Assembly (NCBI GenBank): GCA_905178155.1
Contig: CAJINV010000001.1
Coordinates: 6,605,860 to 6,669,859 of the forward strand
DNA: 64,000 nt
From: Amoebophrya sp. A120
Lineage: Eukaryota > Protista > Dinoflagellata
Direction of reading: 5' to 3'
Under the pieces are notes generated by a model. It was given only the letters and a program-made list of their open reading frames with translations. It was not told where the DNA came from and ran no database searches. The position numbers and the translations under genes were made by a program. Below are positions 10,955 to 24,521 of the stretch, one piece after another. Position 1 is the first letter of the stretch. Every line of letters begins with the position of its first letter.

Positions 10955-13900
10955 TCAACCCGACGGAGCTGCCGAATTCGCGGTACGCCGCAGCGCCGCA
11001 GCTGTGTCTGGACCGTAGCTGTCCAACATGTAGTTCAGATGAGAGTCGCTGTTTTTTATCAGTTCCCAAGGCGCACCATCCTCGGCCACTTTTCCGTCGG
11101 ACATGACGAGAATGCGGTCAAAATCGAGAATGGTCTGCAGTCGATGCGCAACCGTGATCAAGGTGCAATCGTGAAATTTCTTTCGTACCAAAGTCTGCAC
11201 AAGCCGATCGGTGTGGTTGTCTATGTTAGCCGTGGGCTCGTCCATAACGACGATCGGCCGCTTTTTCAACAACGCGCGGGCAATCGCCAATAATTGCTGC
11301 TGTCCGGCTGACAAGCCAAGACGGGAGGTGGTTGCTTTTTGCTGTTCGTCCTTGCCACCTTGCTCTTCGTTTTTGTCCTGCGGGCTCTTCGAAGAGACCG
11401 CCGCGGCTGTTGGCGTTGGAGGATTTTCGTCCGCATTGTCCTCAGATTTTTTCTTCACCGTCACATCACCGGGTGAAACTGCCGATGAAGTCGGCGAACG
11501 GGGGCCCGTCTTCACAGGACTGCTTCCGACGACAGCGGACTTCGCCGGCGATGCGGTCTTCTTCTCATCACCAGGGTCCACTTTGCTCGCGGCTTCTTTC
11601 GAACTGAGTCTCATTTGCAACAGGTCATGTGCTTGACCAGATCCGAAACTTAAACTCTCGCGGAGTCCAACTTCCTCGAGAATACGAATCAGCTCTTCTT
11701 CCTCGTGTTCGCCAAAAGGGTCCAGGTTGTTAGCTAGCGTTCCCTCGAGCAGAAGCGTTTGCTGCGGAATCACGGTGATCTGCCGCCGCAACTGCTGCAG
11801 GCCCATGAAATGAGTGTCGACGCCGTCGATTTGAATAAACGATCCAGCGAAAGTCCCGTCGCGTTCGATCTCCACCAGACGAAACAAGGCCACCAGCAAA
11901 CTGCTTTTCCCCGCTCCCGTGCGGCCGATGATGCCATTTTTGCTCCCTTTCGGAAATGTGATATTTACACTCTCCAGGCTGAGCGGTAGATGCGGGCGGT
12001 AGCGTAGACAAACTTGCGAGAACTCGATGTGAATGTTCGGGGTTACCGGCGCGGGTGGTGATACCGATACGATAGCGATTCTTTCGTCTAGGGTGGAATT
12101 ATCTGCACTTGGTTTCATCGTTCCACCTCCAGTGCTGCTGACAACTTCAATACTGGTGTCTGTGTACCAAGGGGGGTCTTGCGGCACGAAGTCTGTATTC
12201 TGCAGCTCCAACACCCGTTCCAGACTCACCATCATGTTGACCGTGTAGCACGCAATCAGGATTAGCAGCGAGAAGAAATACGGAAGGATGAACGAGTAGG
12301 CGAGCGCCAAGCCCACCTCCCCAGGCTCGAAATCCTTCCGCAGACTCAGCATCACAATGGCCGCGGCGATGCTGATCGCGTAGGCGGCTAAGCTGGCCCA
12401 GAGGAAGCCCGCGTGTGTGACGGTCTCGGTGAAATAGCGATACCGCAGAAACTCAGACAGGTGTTCCGCCATGCGGGTTTGGAAAAATTTCTGCAGCTGC
12501 ATCGCGTGGATCACCTCCCGACCTGCGTTCCCGGACTCGCCGAGCAAGGTCATCACTGGGGCGAACGCCTGGTTCGTCAGGCGTTTCGACTCCATGGAAA
12601 GTAACGCCACGCGCTTGATCACCACGTAGAGGATGGCGAGAGAAATCACCAGTACCGGAATGACAATCGGCACCACAAAAGCGATTACTAGCGCAAGGGC
12701 GACGACCGCGAAAAACATGTGACACACGTCGTCGGAGAAAGATAGCAGGAAGTGGTCCACCGCGCTGAGATCCGCGCCAAACCGGGAGAGAATCCGCCCC
12801 GACGGGGTTTGCTCAAACCAGGTCCACTGTGCGTGCATCACCGTCGTTGCGGCTTTGTTGTGGATCTCCTTGCAGGCCCGGTTCATCGCCATTGCGTTGA
12901 AGAGCGAAAGTGCGAACAAGCCAACAAGGTGCGTCATCGTGAGGCCAATGTACACCAAGATGCGCTCCCTCTCCGAGTACTCTTCGCGATTTTTCTCCGT
13001 AGACGTCACCCAGTCGGAAAGCCACAGGTCGGTCGACGTCATCGCAGCATAGCAGATGATTGCGATGACAAGCATCTTTGCTGTGTAAGTGTACCCGCCA
13101 AGACTTTGAAAGAACGGTCGCAACGTCTGCACCGTCGAAATCCGTCCTGTTTGTGTGATCTCCTTCGCGAAAACACCGTTTGTTCTCGAAGGTGCGCCAT
13201 CTTCCGTGGGAGTTCGTGCCGCGGCAGCTGGTTTTTTCTCATTTGTGGTCGTATCATCGGAAATAACGACTGTCGTAGCTGCTTTTGTCGAAGCTTCTGG
13301 AAATGAGTTTTTCTGCTTCTGAGCTTCCTCGTTCGGACTAATGCCATCTTGATCTTGTTTGTCGACGTCAGCCTCGTCTGCTCCTGTGTTGTCGGAGTAG
13401 AAGCGGTTGAAGGCCGCAGAAACACTAGTACCAGCATCAGCCTCAGCGATGGGAGTCCTGCCACTACTTCCGAGAAGTTCTTCAAGCGTTCCCTGTGCGG
13501 CAATGCGGCCCTTCTCCACAAACAGAATGTAGTCACAGCGGGGCAGAAAATGAAGCTGATTTAGGGCGATCACCACGGTCTGGCCGGATCGGCGGCGCGT
13601 GCACACACTGTCAAAAATGGCGTTCGCTACATGGCCGTCCACCGCAGAGAGAGCGTCGTCGATAACCAAGAAATCGGGGTCGCCGTATACTGCGCGCGCG
13701 AGCGCCAATCGCTGCTGCTGGCCGCCGGACAGGGTGGTGCCCCGCTCCCCAATCTCTGTCTCCCAAGTCCACGCACCGCGATCCATGTCGTCGGCGAGCT
13801 GGCTTCCGCGGACGGCTTCGTTGAGAAGCGCGCTCGTCCTCGCAGCTGTTTCATCTTCTTCGCCGGCAGCGCCGCGACCCATCAAAATGTTGTCACGAAT

Positions 13901-16169
13901 CGTCCCGGAAAGGACGAAAGGCTTCTGTGGCACGTAACCCACGCTCGAAAATGCTGAATCGCGACCGCCTTTCTTCCAGTTGTACCGAACTTTCCCCTTT
14001 CTCCTCACCATGCTCCCTAGGAGCGACAGAAGCAAACTTGTTTTGCCACACCCAGTACTCCCAACCACGGCGACCAGATTGCCTCTGCGAACGTCAAAGC
14101 TCAGGTTGCGGAGCAGGAACTCCGTAGTCCCTGATCCAGATGTTGATGCTGTCACAGCAACTTCAGGGCTTGACGGAGCGCCTTTGTTGTCTTTATCATC
14201 TTCGGCAGGATGCCAGGAAAAAGAAGCGTCGACAACTTTTACCAAAACAGCTTCGTCAGCCGACAGAATTTCTGCAGTGCCTGCTGAACTCGGTTCCTGG
14301 TACCGCTGAAAATCCTCCTGGTCCGGACTTTGTCGCAAGTAGGAATCCAACCGTTGCATGATCACCTTCCAGGTGAAGATCGAGTTCACACAGTTCGGTA
14401 AGCTTCCGATCGGTAACCGCAAGCTCATGAACGCCGTGATCGTTGCAAATACGTTCGCTGCCGTCAACCGGTCCCCGCGCAGGGCCATCAGGACGAACGT
14501 CGCGCAAGCAGCCATCGCCGGCGCGTTGCGCCCGAAAGCCATGCAGGCGACCTGCCAGAACCGAAAGCGGAGAATTTCCCGAAGCTCCTGTTTCCGCTTG
14601 TTGAACAAAAGCTGCAGGTAATTTTCCTCCCAGGTCAAGTACTTCACTTGCTGAATCCCCGCTACCATCTCCCGCATGGTTGTCAGCCTGGAATCCGCGA
14701 TGGCAGTTTCCTTTCTCACAATCGGCGCCATAATGCTGCGAGAAACTTTTGTGGAAAACACAACGTACCCGAACATGAACAGCATGCCGACTAGTGCGGG
14801 AAAGCCGACGAGGTAGAGAAGCCCGGCAATTCCGCCAACGATGCCGACGAGACTGGCGACGAAACTGAAGAGGCCCATCCGCAAATCATCACACACACGC
14901 AGAAGGTCGTTGCCAACGAGAGTCAGTTCGTTAGTACTCGACGCCGCAGGTGGTGAACCTGCGCCTGCCGGTGCTTTTGCAGTTGTCCCTGGTGAAGTAG
15001 TGGAAGTAGGCTGATTCACAAGCTGCTTCGTTGCCGCGCAGCGCGTGTGGCGCATGACTTTCAAGTGCACGACCGGAATGACCCAGGCGAGAAAGGCGCG
15101 GACAAAATGCGCCTGCAACAGCTGTCTCACCTGCACGATCAGGACACCCTCGGAGATCAGCACGACGGTGAAAATGCACAAGAGGATGATCAGCTCAGTG
15201 GTCTTGGTCGCTGGGTTATCGAAAGAAAAAAGTGTTACAGTTACACATTGTGTTGCAGGCCAAGCAAGACAGAGCAGCTCTGTCATGCCGGATATGCATA
15301 AGAAGCTTCGTTTCATAGGTGTGTTCCCTTAGGATTTCTGCATTGCAAGTTTTCTCCCTCCTGCAGAAAAATTTGTGTTGCTGAATTGACAACACGTGTG
15401 TAACTGTAACACTTTTTTCGTGGGATATGGGTCCATGGACGCATCCACGACGAGCTTCAGCAGCACCGGACGGGCTATATCAAATGTAAAAATGTTTGGG
15501 CCTGGAAGGTTGGAGCTTGTGATGCTAACTCTGGACTCCAAAAAAATCTGTAATGCATGATCAGCAAGAGGAGTCTAGTTTGTGCTACGCGGGGAGGGCA
15601 TTTGTCATGCGGATTAGGCATCCAGAAGCCCTCGAAAAATCTGTGATGCTAGGTCATGCATTATAGACATTCTGGGCCATGCAAAATCTGCATGTCAAAC
15701 CCAGCAACATTCCAGACTGACCCAGACATTTTTACATTTGATATGCCAGATTCGTAAGCAACCCCTGGATCACCGACAGGATGAACCAGGTGACTAGATG
15801 TCTGCGTCCCCGGAGCCATACTTCGTTCCAGAGCGCCGATTGTTTACCGTCGGTTTGTCCTCCTGCTGGCGCTTCGAGTTTCGCCAGAATTTCGTCTGCA
15901 AGAAACGGAGCGGCTCGCTTTGACGTGGTAGTAGATGACGTTGCATCTTCTTCCGCTGTCGCAGTGCCAATTGTGATTGCCTCGGCGGAGTACCGTCTGA
16001 ACTTCGGTATTTCGGTGACCAACCGCTCGGGGTTCGTTGTTAAACGCAGAAAAGGCACAATCCATGCGAGCGTCAGGCCGGAGAAAAATCCCGGCCCACC
16101 TCCTAGTGCAGGAGTGACTGATGAAGGGATAGCACCCTTGATCTGCAAGTCCGGTTTCGCGTTCGTCAT
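10955..16169 (-). CDS. ABCC/MRP-type ABC transporter, tandem paralog with two introners
   Basis: Highly similar to 5537..10318. Exons ~16169-15744, 15477-15428 and 15216-10955 give LTNLARPVLLKLVVDASMDPATKTTEL, colinear with the paralog's LTNLARPVLLKLVVDASMDEATETSEL. Start ATG (MTNAK) inferred. Confidence 0.93.
15217..15427. mobile_element. Introner/MITE (211 bp), TATC...GATA ends
   Basis: TIR TATCnnAnGAAAAAAGTGTTACAGTTACACA at both ends. Perfect TSD TGGGT (15212-15216, 15428-15432). Absent from the paralog. Confidence 0.93.
15478..15743. mobile_element. Introner/MITE family A (266 bp)
   Basis: TIR TATCAAATGTAAAAATGTyTGGGyCTGGAA. Imperfect TSD GGCTA/TGCCA. Absent from the paralog. Confidence 0.92.
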
Positions 16170-16786
16170 CGTTGAAATGAAGGTTTTCAATAGGCTGGAA
16201 GACACTACTTACGCAAGACAGCTAGATTTTTTTCAAATGCATGCAGCTGTGACACAAGCTGCACTTGGCCGCCACATGGCTTCTTCAATAACTCTCGCAT
16301 TCAAGATCAAGACCCCACTCGTTCTTGTTCCCTCGTCACCCGTTTTACTTTTACTTAAGTTTACCATGCCCCGGGGAAGACTGCCGTCCTCTTTCGCACA
16401 CCGGCGCTGCGGGCTGCGGACCGCCAGAGCAGAGTTACAACTTCCACGAAACATGATAAACGCAAGTGGATGCTGTTAAAAACTCAGACTCATTTCTGCA
16501 GAAAGTTAATTTCATATCATGTTCTTGAAACAATAACAAACCATCAGAAACTTACCTTGCCCGGCTCCAGCTTGCTGCTCCTTAATTCTTGATTGCTTTC
16601 TTTGTGTTTTTCAGAGTGGATGTATCAACCTCTTGTGCGCCATCTTCTTGTCCTCGATTGACGACTCTTTAGTGCATGTGCGACGGAACTCAGATCAAAG
16701 CCAACAAGGAGAAGAGCTCTGGCTTCATTGATTTCGTGAAAAGCCACGCCGTTCAAGCTTCGTAGTTGCAAGAAGGTTGATTTTTG

Positions 16787-19700
16787 TCAAAAGCAAACAA
16801 TGCGACTATCCTTTCGTCGTCGTCTTGCGAAGAAAGACACGACTTCGTCGAAAACATCCGAACGACTTACCGGTGAGACCGCAGCTCCGGTTGAATCTTT
16901 GCTGGAGAAGTGGGTGTGGGCCGGTGGTGCCTGCTTTTCGTACGAGGGTTTCTCCGCACCTCCTTCGAGCGCCGTTTGCGCCCTCATCTCCTTCATGTAC
17001 TCGGCACACGCTTTGAACATGTCCTCGTCACTGCGATCATTCCCAATGCACAAACAGAAGCAGAACTTCAGCGACTCCGGAATCTTGTTGCCATTCGCAT
17101 CGAAGGCGACGCTGCTTCGGGGGCCGGAAATGCGGAATGCGTCTTGGTCTACTCCTGCCGCGGTTCTACTAGAGGATCCTGCGGAGGTGGTTTTCGCGAG
17201 AGAAGCTTGGTCGCTTTCTGCAGACGGCTGCACGATTGGTGTGCTGAAAAAGAACTTCGTCAGAGCCGCGCCTTTACTCACGCCCTTCAACCCCACCTGC
17301 ACGTACGTGTTGCCGTTTTCGATGGAGACCCCGGTGTATTGTCCGAGATAGTCCTCGAGCTGCTTCACCAGATTCTGAGCCTGCTGCTTCCCGAACATGG
17401 GTTCGCACCCGCCGAAGTGCCAGTAGATGCAGCTCCCGCTCTCCTCCACAAACGCACCCTGGGTGCGTTTCGCGAACGTGCTCATCAAGACCTTGGCGAT
17501 CCGTTGCCACCTTTGATTGTTCTCGATAAGAAGGTTGTTGTTGATGCAAGCCCACCGCAGATCGATGTTGACGTCCTCGACCTGGGCGTACCAATAGCCG
17601 TCTTCCGCGATAATGTGCAACCCCTGCACCTTGTGGAAAAAGCTCTCCAGCTGCTCGCGACTGCGCCCGCTGCAGACGATCACGGTGTTCTCCTTCTGGG
17701 CGCACATCTTCTGCAAGCATCGGACCAGGCCCTGGTGGATCGGGTCCAACCTGATTAATGTATAGTACAGTGAGTCGGAAAAATGAAAATCAGCATAGCC
17801 ATTAACAGGTCGAGTTCGAAATGAATAGACAAAGAGAAAGAGCAAGCAGCAATGCTAAAAAACATCGAAGAAGAACAAAATACGCCGTCCTAAATTCCTC
17901 CGTAAACTGGTAGTTCGTTTCCATGAGACTGTAGCTCAATCCACGAAACACCAGCGCTGCGTCCATATCGAATATCAGCAGCCTTCCATGCCGTCTCCTG
18001 TGCCATTCCTTCGCGCAACTGTGGTACCGTTCCTGCACCACCTTTGGGTTCAAAATCGACGTCCACGACTGCAGCAACACCTCCTGATACGGTTGCTCCT
18101 GCGAGCGCGCGAACCGCGCCGGCATCGGCAGGGGCGCAGTTGTCTCGCTACCGTGCTGCTCCTCGAAGCAAAGCTCGGTTAAGAAGTCGGACAGCCACTG
18201 GGATAAGGAAAGGGAAGAGACGTAGTTGAAGTCCTGCGCAAACCGTTCGTACCGATCCGCGTCCAACATGTTCATGGCAGAATCCATCTGCTGACAAATG
18301 TTCGGCGTGGACCAGGGATTCACACGCAAAGCACCGATCAGCGCCCGACTCGCGCCGCTGAACTCGGACAAAATTACCGCACAGTTCTCGTAGTTGCTGC
18401 GCTGTTGACCAGACGGGTTGTTCAAGTTCGTCTTGCTCGACTGCCCACTCCCACCGCCCCCGTACTGGTCCCTTTCATTCGACACAGCGGTACCCCCGGC
18501 CGACCCGCCAGCCGGTTTCTCCTTCGAGTTTTGATTTGACGACTGGTGCGGGTCGGTCTGCTGCTGCATCAGTGCCGCGGAGTTCTGCCCGTGAATCATG
18601 ATGAACTTGAATGCGGCGATGTTCAAGCCATTTTTCGTACACGTGTCGATGTAGATGTTTGCGGTCTGCAAAACCTGAAACGCCGTGGTGTCGTTGATCT
18701 GTCCAATTTGCAAATGGATGTGGTACCCAAATCGCTCGTTGATTTCCCGCGCACATTGACAAACCTCGTGCTCGAGCCGCGGCGTGTCGTCGAAAGTGAC
18801 ACTTGGCGGGTAATAGCAGTACTGCACTAGGAGGAACTTGTTGTGGTGCTGCGGGTAATTTTCCAGGAAATACCGGAACGCCTGCATTTTGTTCGTCAAC
18901 CCAGCGAAGCGCTCGATGCAGTCCACGCTTCCGAAGATGATCTTCGATTTGTGGTCGGCGGGTAAATCTGCGACGATCGAAGTTCCCGCCAACCGCGAGG
19001 GCGACATGGGACTCATGGGAACGGCGCCCGCCGCTGCGCTTCCAGTTCCCGCACTGCCCCTAGCGCTGCTGACGGTGCCGTGGTAGTGCGTGGACATGAC
19101 GTGCGAGCCTTGGGGCTGCTGCTGGGCCGTGACGGCGCTGCTGCGGTATCCTGAGCAAAAACGTACCCACACCAGAGTCAAGATGGTAAATCTGCTAGAC
19201 AAATCAACCAGCTTTGGCTGTTTCGCATGACAAGTTTGTCCTTGTAATGTAATCCTGTTTAGGTAGTTCAGCAGCATCACAGGTCTAGCATATCATGCTG
19301 ATTATAGCATCACAAATCCCAAAACACGATTAGAAAATGCCTTTCATGGGGCTCAGCGTGAGAAACTTTTTTGGCGTGCAGATTTGTATTACAACTCTGG
19401 TGTGGGTACGTTTTTACTCAGGATATGCGGCCGCCCTGCATCACGTTGCGGAACGTGTTGGGGAAGTGTTCCATATGGCGTTCTCAAACGTTACATTCTC
19501 AACTGTTACATGAAATTTGTCATGCAAGAATGGTAAAGTGTAAGTGAAAGGGAAAATGTTGCGCCTTTTGCATTACAGGTTTGGAGTAGATTGTAATGCT
19601 ATGTAGCGCGTCAAGAAGTTGTCATGCGGAGAAGGCTTGATCGTGTTAAGAGCGATAGTGATTTTGCACCTAGAATACCAAGACGCCACAAAAACCTCGA

Positions 19701-22700
19701 GGAACCATCCACAACCAAGAACCTTGGAAAAGTGGGGTCCCCGAAGTCCTGGAGGTGAGATGCGAGGGGGACGCCTATTAGCTAAAGCACTAAAAATAGC
19801 ACTAAAGCAGAGGCACAAGGAAGCGGAGTAGTCAGAAATTAACTTGGAGCCGTCCTTACGGAGGACTCCAGCAACCTCAGTCCACCACTGCCCTCGCATT
19901 CACAAAAGCAACAACACAAGAGTGTCGAAGCAACACCGGACGTCCATCCCACCGAAAGCACCACGGCAACTAAGAGCTGTCACACAATAGCACCAACGAT
20001 GAGGCAATGCCCTGGGGGGACCAGAAAAGAGGAATCCTCCCCATAATGTCTAAGAGCAGACCGCACACGTCAAGTAGTTTCAGCTCTTAGAAACAGGCTG
20101 ACGCCGTGAAAACAAGTGATTTTGCATGACAAATCATGTAACAGTTGAGAATGTAACAATTGAGAATCCCATATTCCATCACCGCGCCTTTGGTGCCCGG
20201 CGGTCCGGGCTGGGTCAAGCCACCCACACCGACCTCCGGGTCTGTGTCACTACGGCGGTATTTGTCCCGGGCCTGGCGCCCGCGCTCGCCCGGCTGGAGC
20301 AGCTGTCCGTCGGCACCGCTGACTTGCCGCTCGATCGCAAATTCCCGGTCGGGGAACATACTGTCAAAAGCGGAGTTGTTGTTGCCGCTCTCGTTGTAGC
20401 TGGAGCCCCAGGCCGCCATCAAATCGTTCTCGCGGTAGTCCATAATATCCGCCGGGTCGGATAAACTTGCCGTTGAGGACTCCGGCTGGTTCTGCTGGCT
20501 CGCACGGTACAAGTGGTCCGGCCGACCAACGACGACGGTCAATGAGCCGGGGTCATTCGACTTCCCGTAATTCGCGGGTAAGCACAAGTGTTTTGACGAC
20601 AGCTGCGTCGATTTGCCGTTGTGCTCGAGGGTGAGAAAACCGCCCATTTTGAACACGTGCTGTACGCCGAGCAGGCGGGTGCAGGCGGTGAGAAAGTGTC
20701 TCGAGTAGTCGAAGATCTGGAAGCCGACGAGGTCAAACGCCAGCATGCCGCGAAGCAAGTCGTTCCGGACTGGTAAGCACTTGAGCAAATCCGAGCTCGG
20801 CCAAGGGACGTGCACGTACAGCCCCGTCTTCACCTGCAGCGGGGCCGTTTGACCGCCGCCGGCACGCCGCGATGCGGATAATTTCCCTGATTCCATCTGC
20901 GGCGAGCCGCTGCCCCGCGCGCTCACGCCCGCTTTCGGCGACGCCAGGCTTTCGTTGTCCCCTGCGGTATGCGTCCGATCGCGGGTCCGGGCAATGAAGG
21001 CGTGCTGGTGCACGTACTTACCCAACATCAGCAACTGCCAGTCCTGCGCCCACACAATGTCGCCGGACCGCACCTTCTTGCTGCGCATCAACGTTTCCGC
21101 CCACTTCTCGTTGGCCTTTTTGTACGCATCCCAGTCCTCCTTGGCGAAATCTTTAACCTGCTGCCCCATGTGCGTGGCGGATTGGGGCATGAAGATACTG
21201 AAGTTGTGCGTGATCGGCCACAAGTAGCTGTAGCAGAAGGACTGGAACTTCTTCCAAATCTCCTTCTCCACAAACACCGGAATGCAGTCCTGCTCGAGGA
21301 ACAGACCAGTCAGATTCTCCTTCTGCGCACCGGTCAAAGGGAGGTTGTTAGAAAAGATTTTTGGCGACCCGACGAAGTACAGCCGGTACTGTTTCGCCAA
21401 TTCGTGTCTCGTTTTGTACAATGCGAAGATCATGCTGTCGTTTTCCTCTGGCAAAGGAACTAGCAGTGGCGTATCCGCCTCGTAGTGGACGCACAGCGTA
21501 TCATGAGGAAAAATGCCCCCTCCCCATATCGAAACGAAGTTTCTGATGCTGGATTTCCATACACAAATCAGATTTGTCTTGCAGTAGAGGAGTGCACGCA
21601 TGCGGCAAGCCTCAGCCGAGAGGTTTGACGTAGGCGCCTAGCATGACAAACGTGTATGCTCTGAGCCAAACAGCATCACAAACCGCCTGAAAAATGCGGA
21701 ACGCTTTCTGGACTTGCCCTCTTGCAAGACAGGCAGGATTTGAGGTCACAAATGCGCATCACAAATTTTCAGACGGATACGTTTTCGATATGGGGAGGGG
21801 GGATTTTTCTTTTTGATATAGCGGAAGACAGTGCGCGCAGATGAAAACGTTGTGGATTTTTCCATTCGGCGTGCGCGAGTTATCAAATGCAAAAATGTCT
21901 GGGTCTGGAAGAATACAAACTTGTGATGCGCATTTCAGAACACAGAAAAATCTCTCATGCATAGGTAGCAAAAGCTGCCCACTTTCTGTCACCAAAATGG
22001 GGGATTTGTAATGCGGATTCGGCATTGCGGAAGCTTCTCGAGACCTGTGATGCTAGAGCTTCCATGCCAGGCCTTATGTGTCATGCAAAAACAGCATGAC
22101 TCTTCCAGACCCAGACACTTTTACATTTGATACGAGTTGTTCGGGTGCAGTTTTGCGAGCTGCGAAAGCAGCGCGGACTCCTTTTGCACGATGTTGTATT
22201 TCGGCTCGTTCTGCGCGACCATGCTGTCGAGTAGAACTTCATTATTCCGCTGCTCCCCCGCCTGCAGAAAGCCGCGCGTCTGTCCGCCGTCGTCCTCCTG
22301 CACCATTTCCAAACCGGTGGGAACTAGGTAGTAATTCTGCTCCCGAAGCCACCGCAGATTTTTCAAATTGCTCGCTGCTGCACCTGCGGAAACGCCCAGT
22401 CCGGAGGGGTTCGCGTTGTGTCCCGATGTTGGGGTCATCATCCCGGTGAGACTATCAGCCACCTCCTGTAAAACCGGCGAGATCAGAGACGTCAATGCGC
22501 TGGTCAAGGGCTCTTGTGGGTTTTGCAGTTGTGCGTTCATCGCGAGCAGCGTTGGCGGCGAATTATTCGCCCTTGGATTCTGCAAATTGTTCCCCTCTGG
22601 CGATGACGGCAACGAATGTTGTACCACATCCGCCCGATCGGAGACTTGCACATGATGCTGAGTCGTGGGAGACGTAGCGCTTTGTCCAACGGCAGAAGAC

Positions 22701-23287
22701 TTGGAGGAGGATTTCGTACTCCTCCCGCCGCCGCCACTCCTGCCCGACCCACTCACGAACGCCGGCGCACCCTCCGTTGTCGTCGTGTCCGCGCGCGTGC
22801 TGCTCGGGGGATGGAGGGTGCCTCCAGCTCCCGCGCGCTGCTTCAAGAGCGAAGCCGAGCTGGACCCCATGCCGATCACCGGCGGCCCTGCGCCCGTCGC
22901 GCCCTGCACGACCGGCTGCTGCGCCGCGGCGGAACTGGTTGATGGGCTGGCGGCGACCTGCTGTTCGCGGGAGTGGACGAGTTGCCTTCGAAGAGTCTCT
23001 GCATTGCTTAAACTGAGCGTGTTTCCTAGACTGTCCGGGCCGTCGATCTCCTTCACCAAATAGTTGTATTCCACGCGCTGTTTCAGCGGAAGGCTGATAC
23101 TCCCTTCTTCCGTGCTCCAAAGCAACGGATTTTGCTCATTGGCAAACAACCGCACCGCGTTCCCCGCCTCCCAACTGCCGAGAGCAGAGTGAGACCCGCA
23201 GACAAATACCGCTTGGTCCAAAGGCAACGCGGCTTCCACGGCAACGCGGAAGGTGATTTTCGTCGTTAGTGCTTGCTGCTGCTCCAT
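16787..23287 (-). CDS. CBM20 starch-binding domain fused to trehalose-6-phosphate synthase/phosphatase-like protein
   Basis: CBM20: VFVCGSHSALGSW...EYNY. GT20: IVWAQDWQL, LYVHVPWPSSD, FDLVGFQ, ILSEFSGAS, LRVNPW. TPP: VIVCSGRS, IAEDG, GVSKG, IGNDRSDEDMF. Four introners plus GT-AG intron 17751-17883 join the ORFs in frame. The 3' end is uncertain. Confidence 0.88.
19147..19425. mobile_element. Introner/MITE (279 bp)
   Basis: 32-bp TIR TATCCTGAGyAAAAACGTACCCACACCAGAGT. Perfect TSD TGCGG (19142-19146, 19426-19430). Confidence 0.94.
19474..20173. mobile_element. Introner/MITE (700 bp), TATG...CATA ends, probable nested insert
   Basis: ~50-bp TIR TATGGnnTTCTCAAnnGTTACATTCTCAACTGTTACATGA(AA)TTTGTCATGCAA. 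Perfect TSD TTCCA (19469-19473, 20174-20178). Confidence 0.93.
21499..21818. mobile_element. Introner/MITE (320 bp)
   Basis: TIR TATCAnnAnGAAAAATnCCCCCTCCCCATATCGAAA. TSD CAGCG/TAGCG. Removal gives HCLPL|CVHYE. Confidence 0.92.
21881..22132. mobile_element. Introner/MITE family A (252 bp)
   Basis: TIR TATCAAATGyAAAArTGTCTGGGTCTGGAAGA. Perfect TSD CGAGT. Removal gives HPNNS|RTPNG. Confidence 0.95.
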
Positions 23288-24495
23288 TTTGATTTTGTTC
23301 TAGTGACTAGTGTTGATTGATTATAGAGGCGAGTGCCCGTGAAGAAACGAATAGAAGACCAAGACGTAGTGAAAAGCAAGGCATAATATATAGTCCTGGG
23401 CACCAATAACTCAAGCGAAGACAAACAAAGCAGGTGCACCGAAATTGAAGTCACATCGTACGTAGCTAAGCATTGCTTCAAAAGACCTTCAACGACGATT
23501 CTAGGCCTAGAGCTACGTAGTGGTAGTGGTGGAGCTTGGAAGAAATCGAAGCGAAAAGTGTCTAGTCTATCAACAATGCAGCTCGAACTTGTATAACGAC
23601 ATGCAATAGCACGAAGCAGATGTCGAGACGAAGCTGCAAAAAAAAATGGACCGCTTGTTAATGATCAGACTCTATGGGATTCGGATTACTCCCAAAATCT
23701 TTATAGAAGCACACGACAAACGAATCCTGTTCTTCGGTTGCATCGGACCCGAAAAACACATGAAGGAGGATGAGGTACTCTCTCTGTCTCCTTTGGGTGG
23801 GTGTGCACGAAAAGAGAGCGCACTCGCACCCAGGGAGCAGCGGCCACGCCTTGGGCCACGCTGTAGCTGATGCGCGCCTTTCGTTCATTGTAGTGCGGAT
23901 TCGGTACAGCTGTCGGGCGTGTCGAGGGTGTCATAGCCTTGCAGTTCGCTTGTCACGCCTAAAATGATTTGGAAAGGCTTGAACCCAAAATCATGCACGG
24001 AGTTCTTGAAGTAGTGCGAGTGGCTTGGGAACTAATACACCGCTCGGAATCTGTCATGTACATTTTGTTTCATCTGAATGAGTAGAAAGATGAAAAAAGA
24101 ATACCGCATCACCGAAATATCCTGTTTCTCTTTCCTCTAAGTAAAATCCGATCTAAAATCCAGGCCACAAATCAAGTCCGCAATCTCTTTCATCTTCCTC
24201 TATTCCGTGCGGGTTCGGGTTTCCTCAAAGTAGAAGTTAACTTTTATATTTCCTTTGGTTTTCCAAAATTGTACATGTCCTCTCCTGTATTAGTGCTGTT
24301 TTCTGCGATTTCCATGGATCCCGATCGGTAGATCGACAACAGGAAAATACGCAGAGCTACAGATTCAAAATAGTACTACTACTTTGAAAACAAAAACTTG
24401 TAAGTATGTACTGTAAAACCAAGAAAATGAATTGCGTGTGCGCTCCTGAAGGTGAGCGGAAAAAGCCTTGGCCTTCTGCATACTGAAAAGAGATT

Positions 24496-24521
24496 ATCAT
24501 CATCATCATCATCATCATCAT
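24496..24521. repeat. (ATC)n microsatellite
   Basis: About 8 tandem ATC units. Confidence 0.9.

Noticed and set aside
19573-19899. ORFs inside the 700-bp element as a transposase
   Set aside because: Short, with no DDE or HTH motifs. No autonomous transposase is recognisable anywhere in the window.
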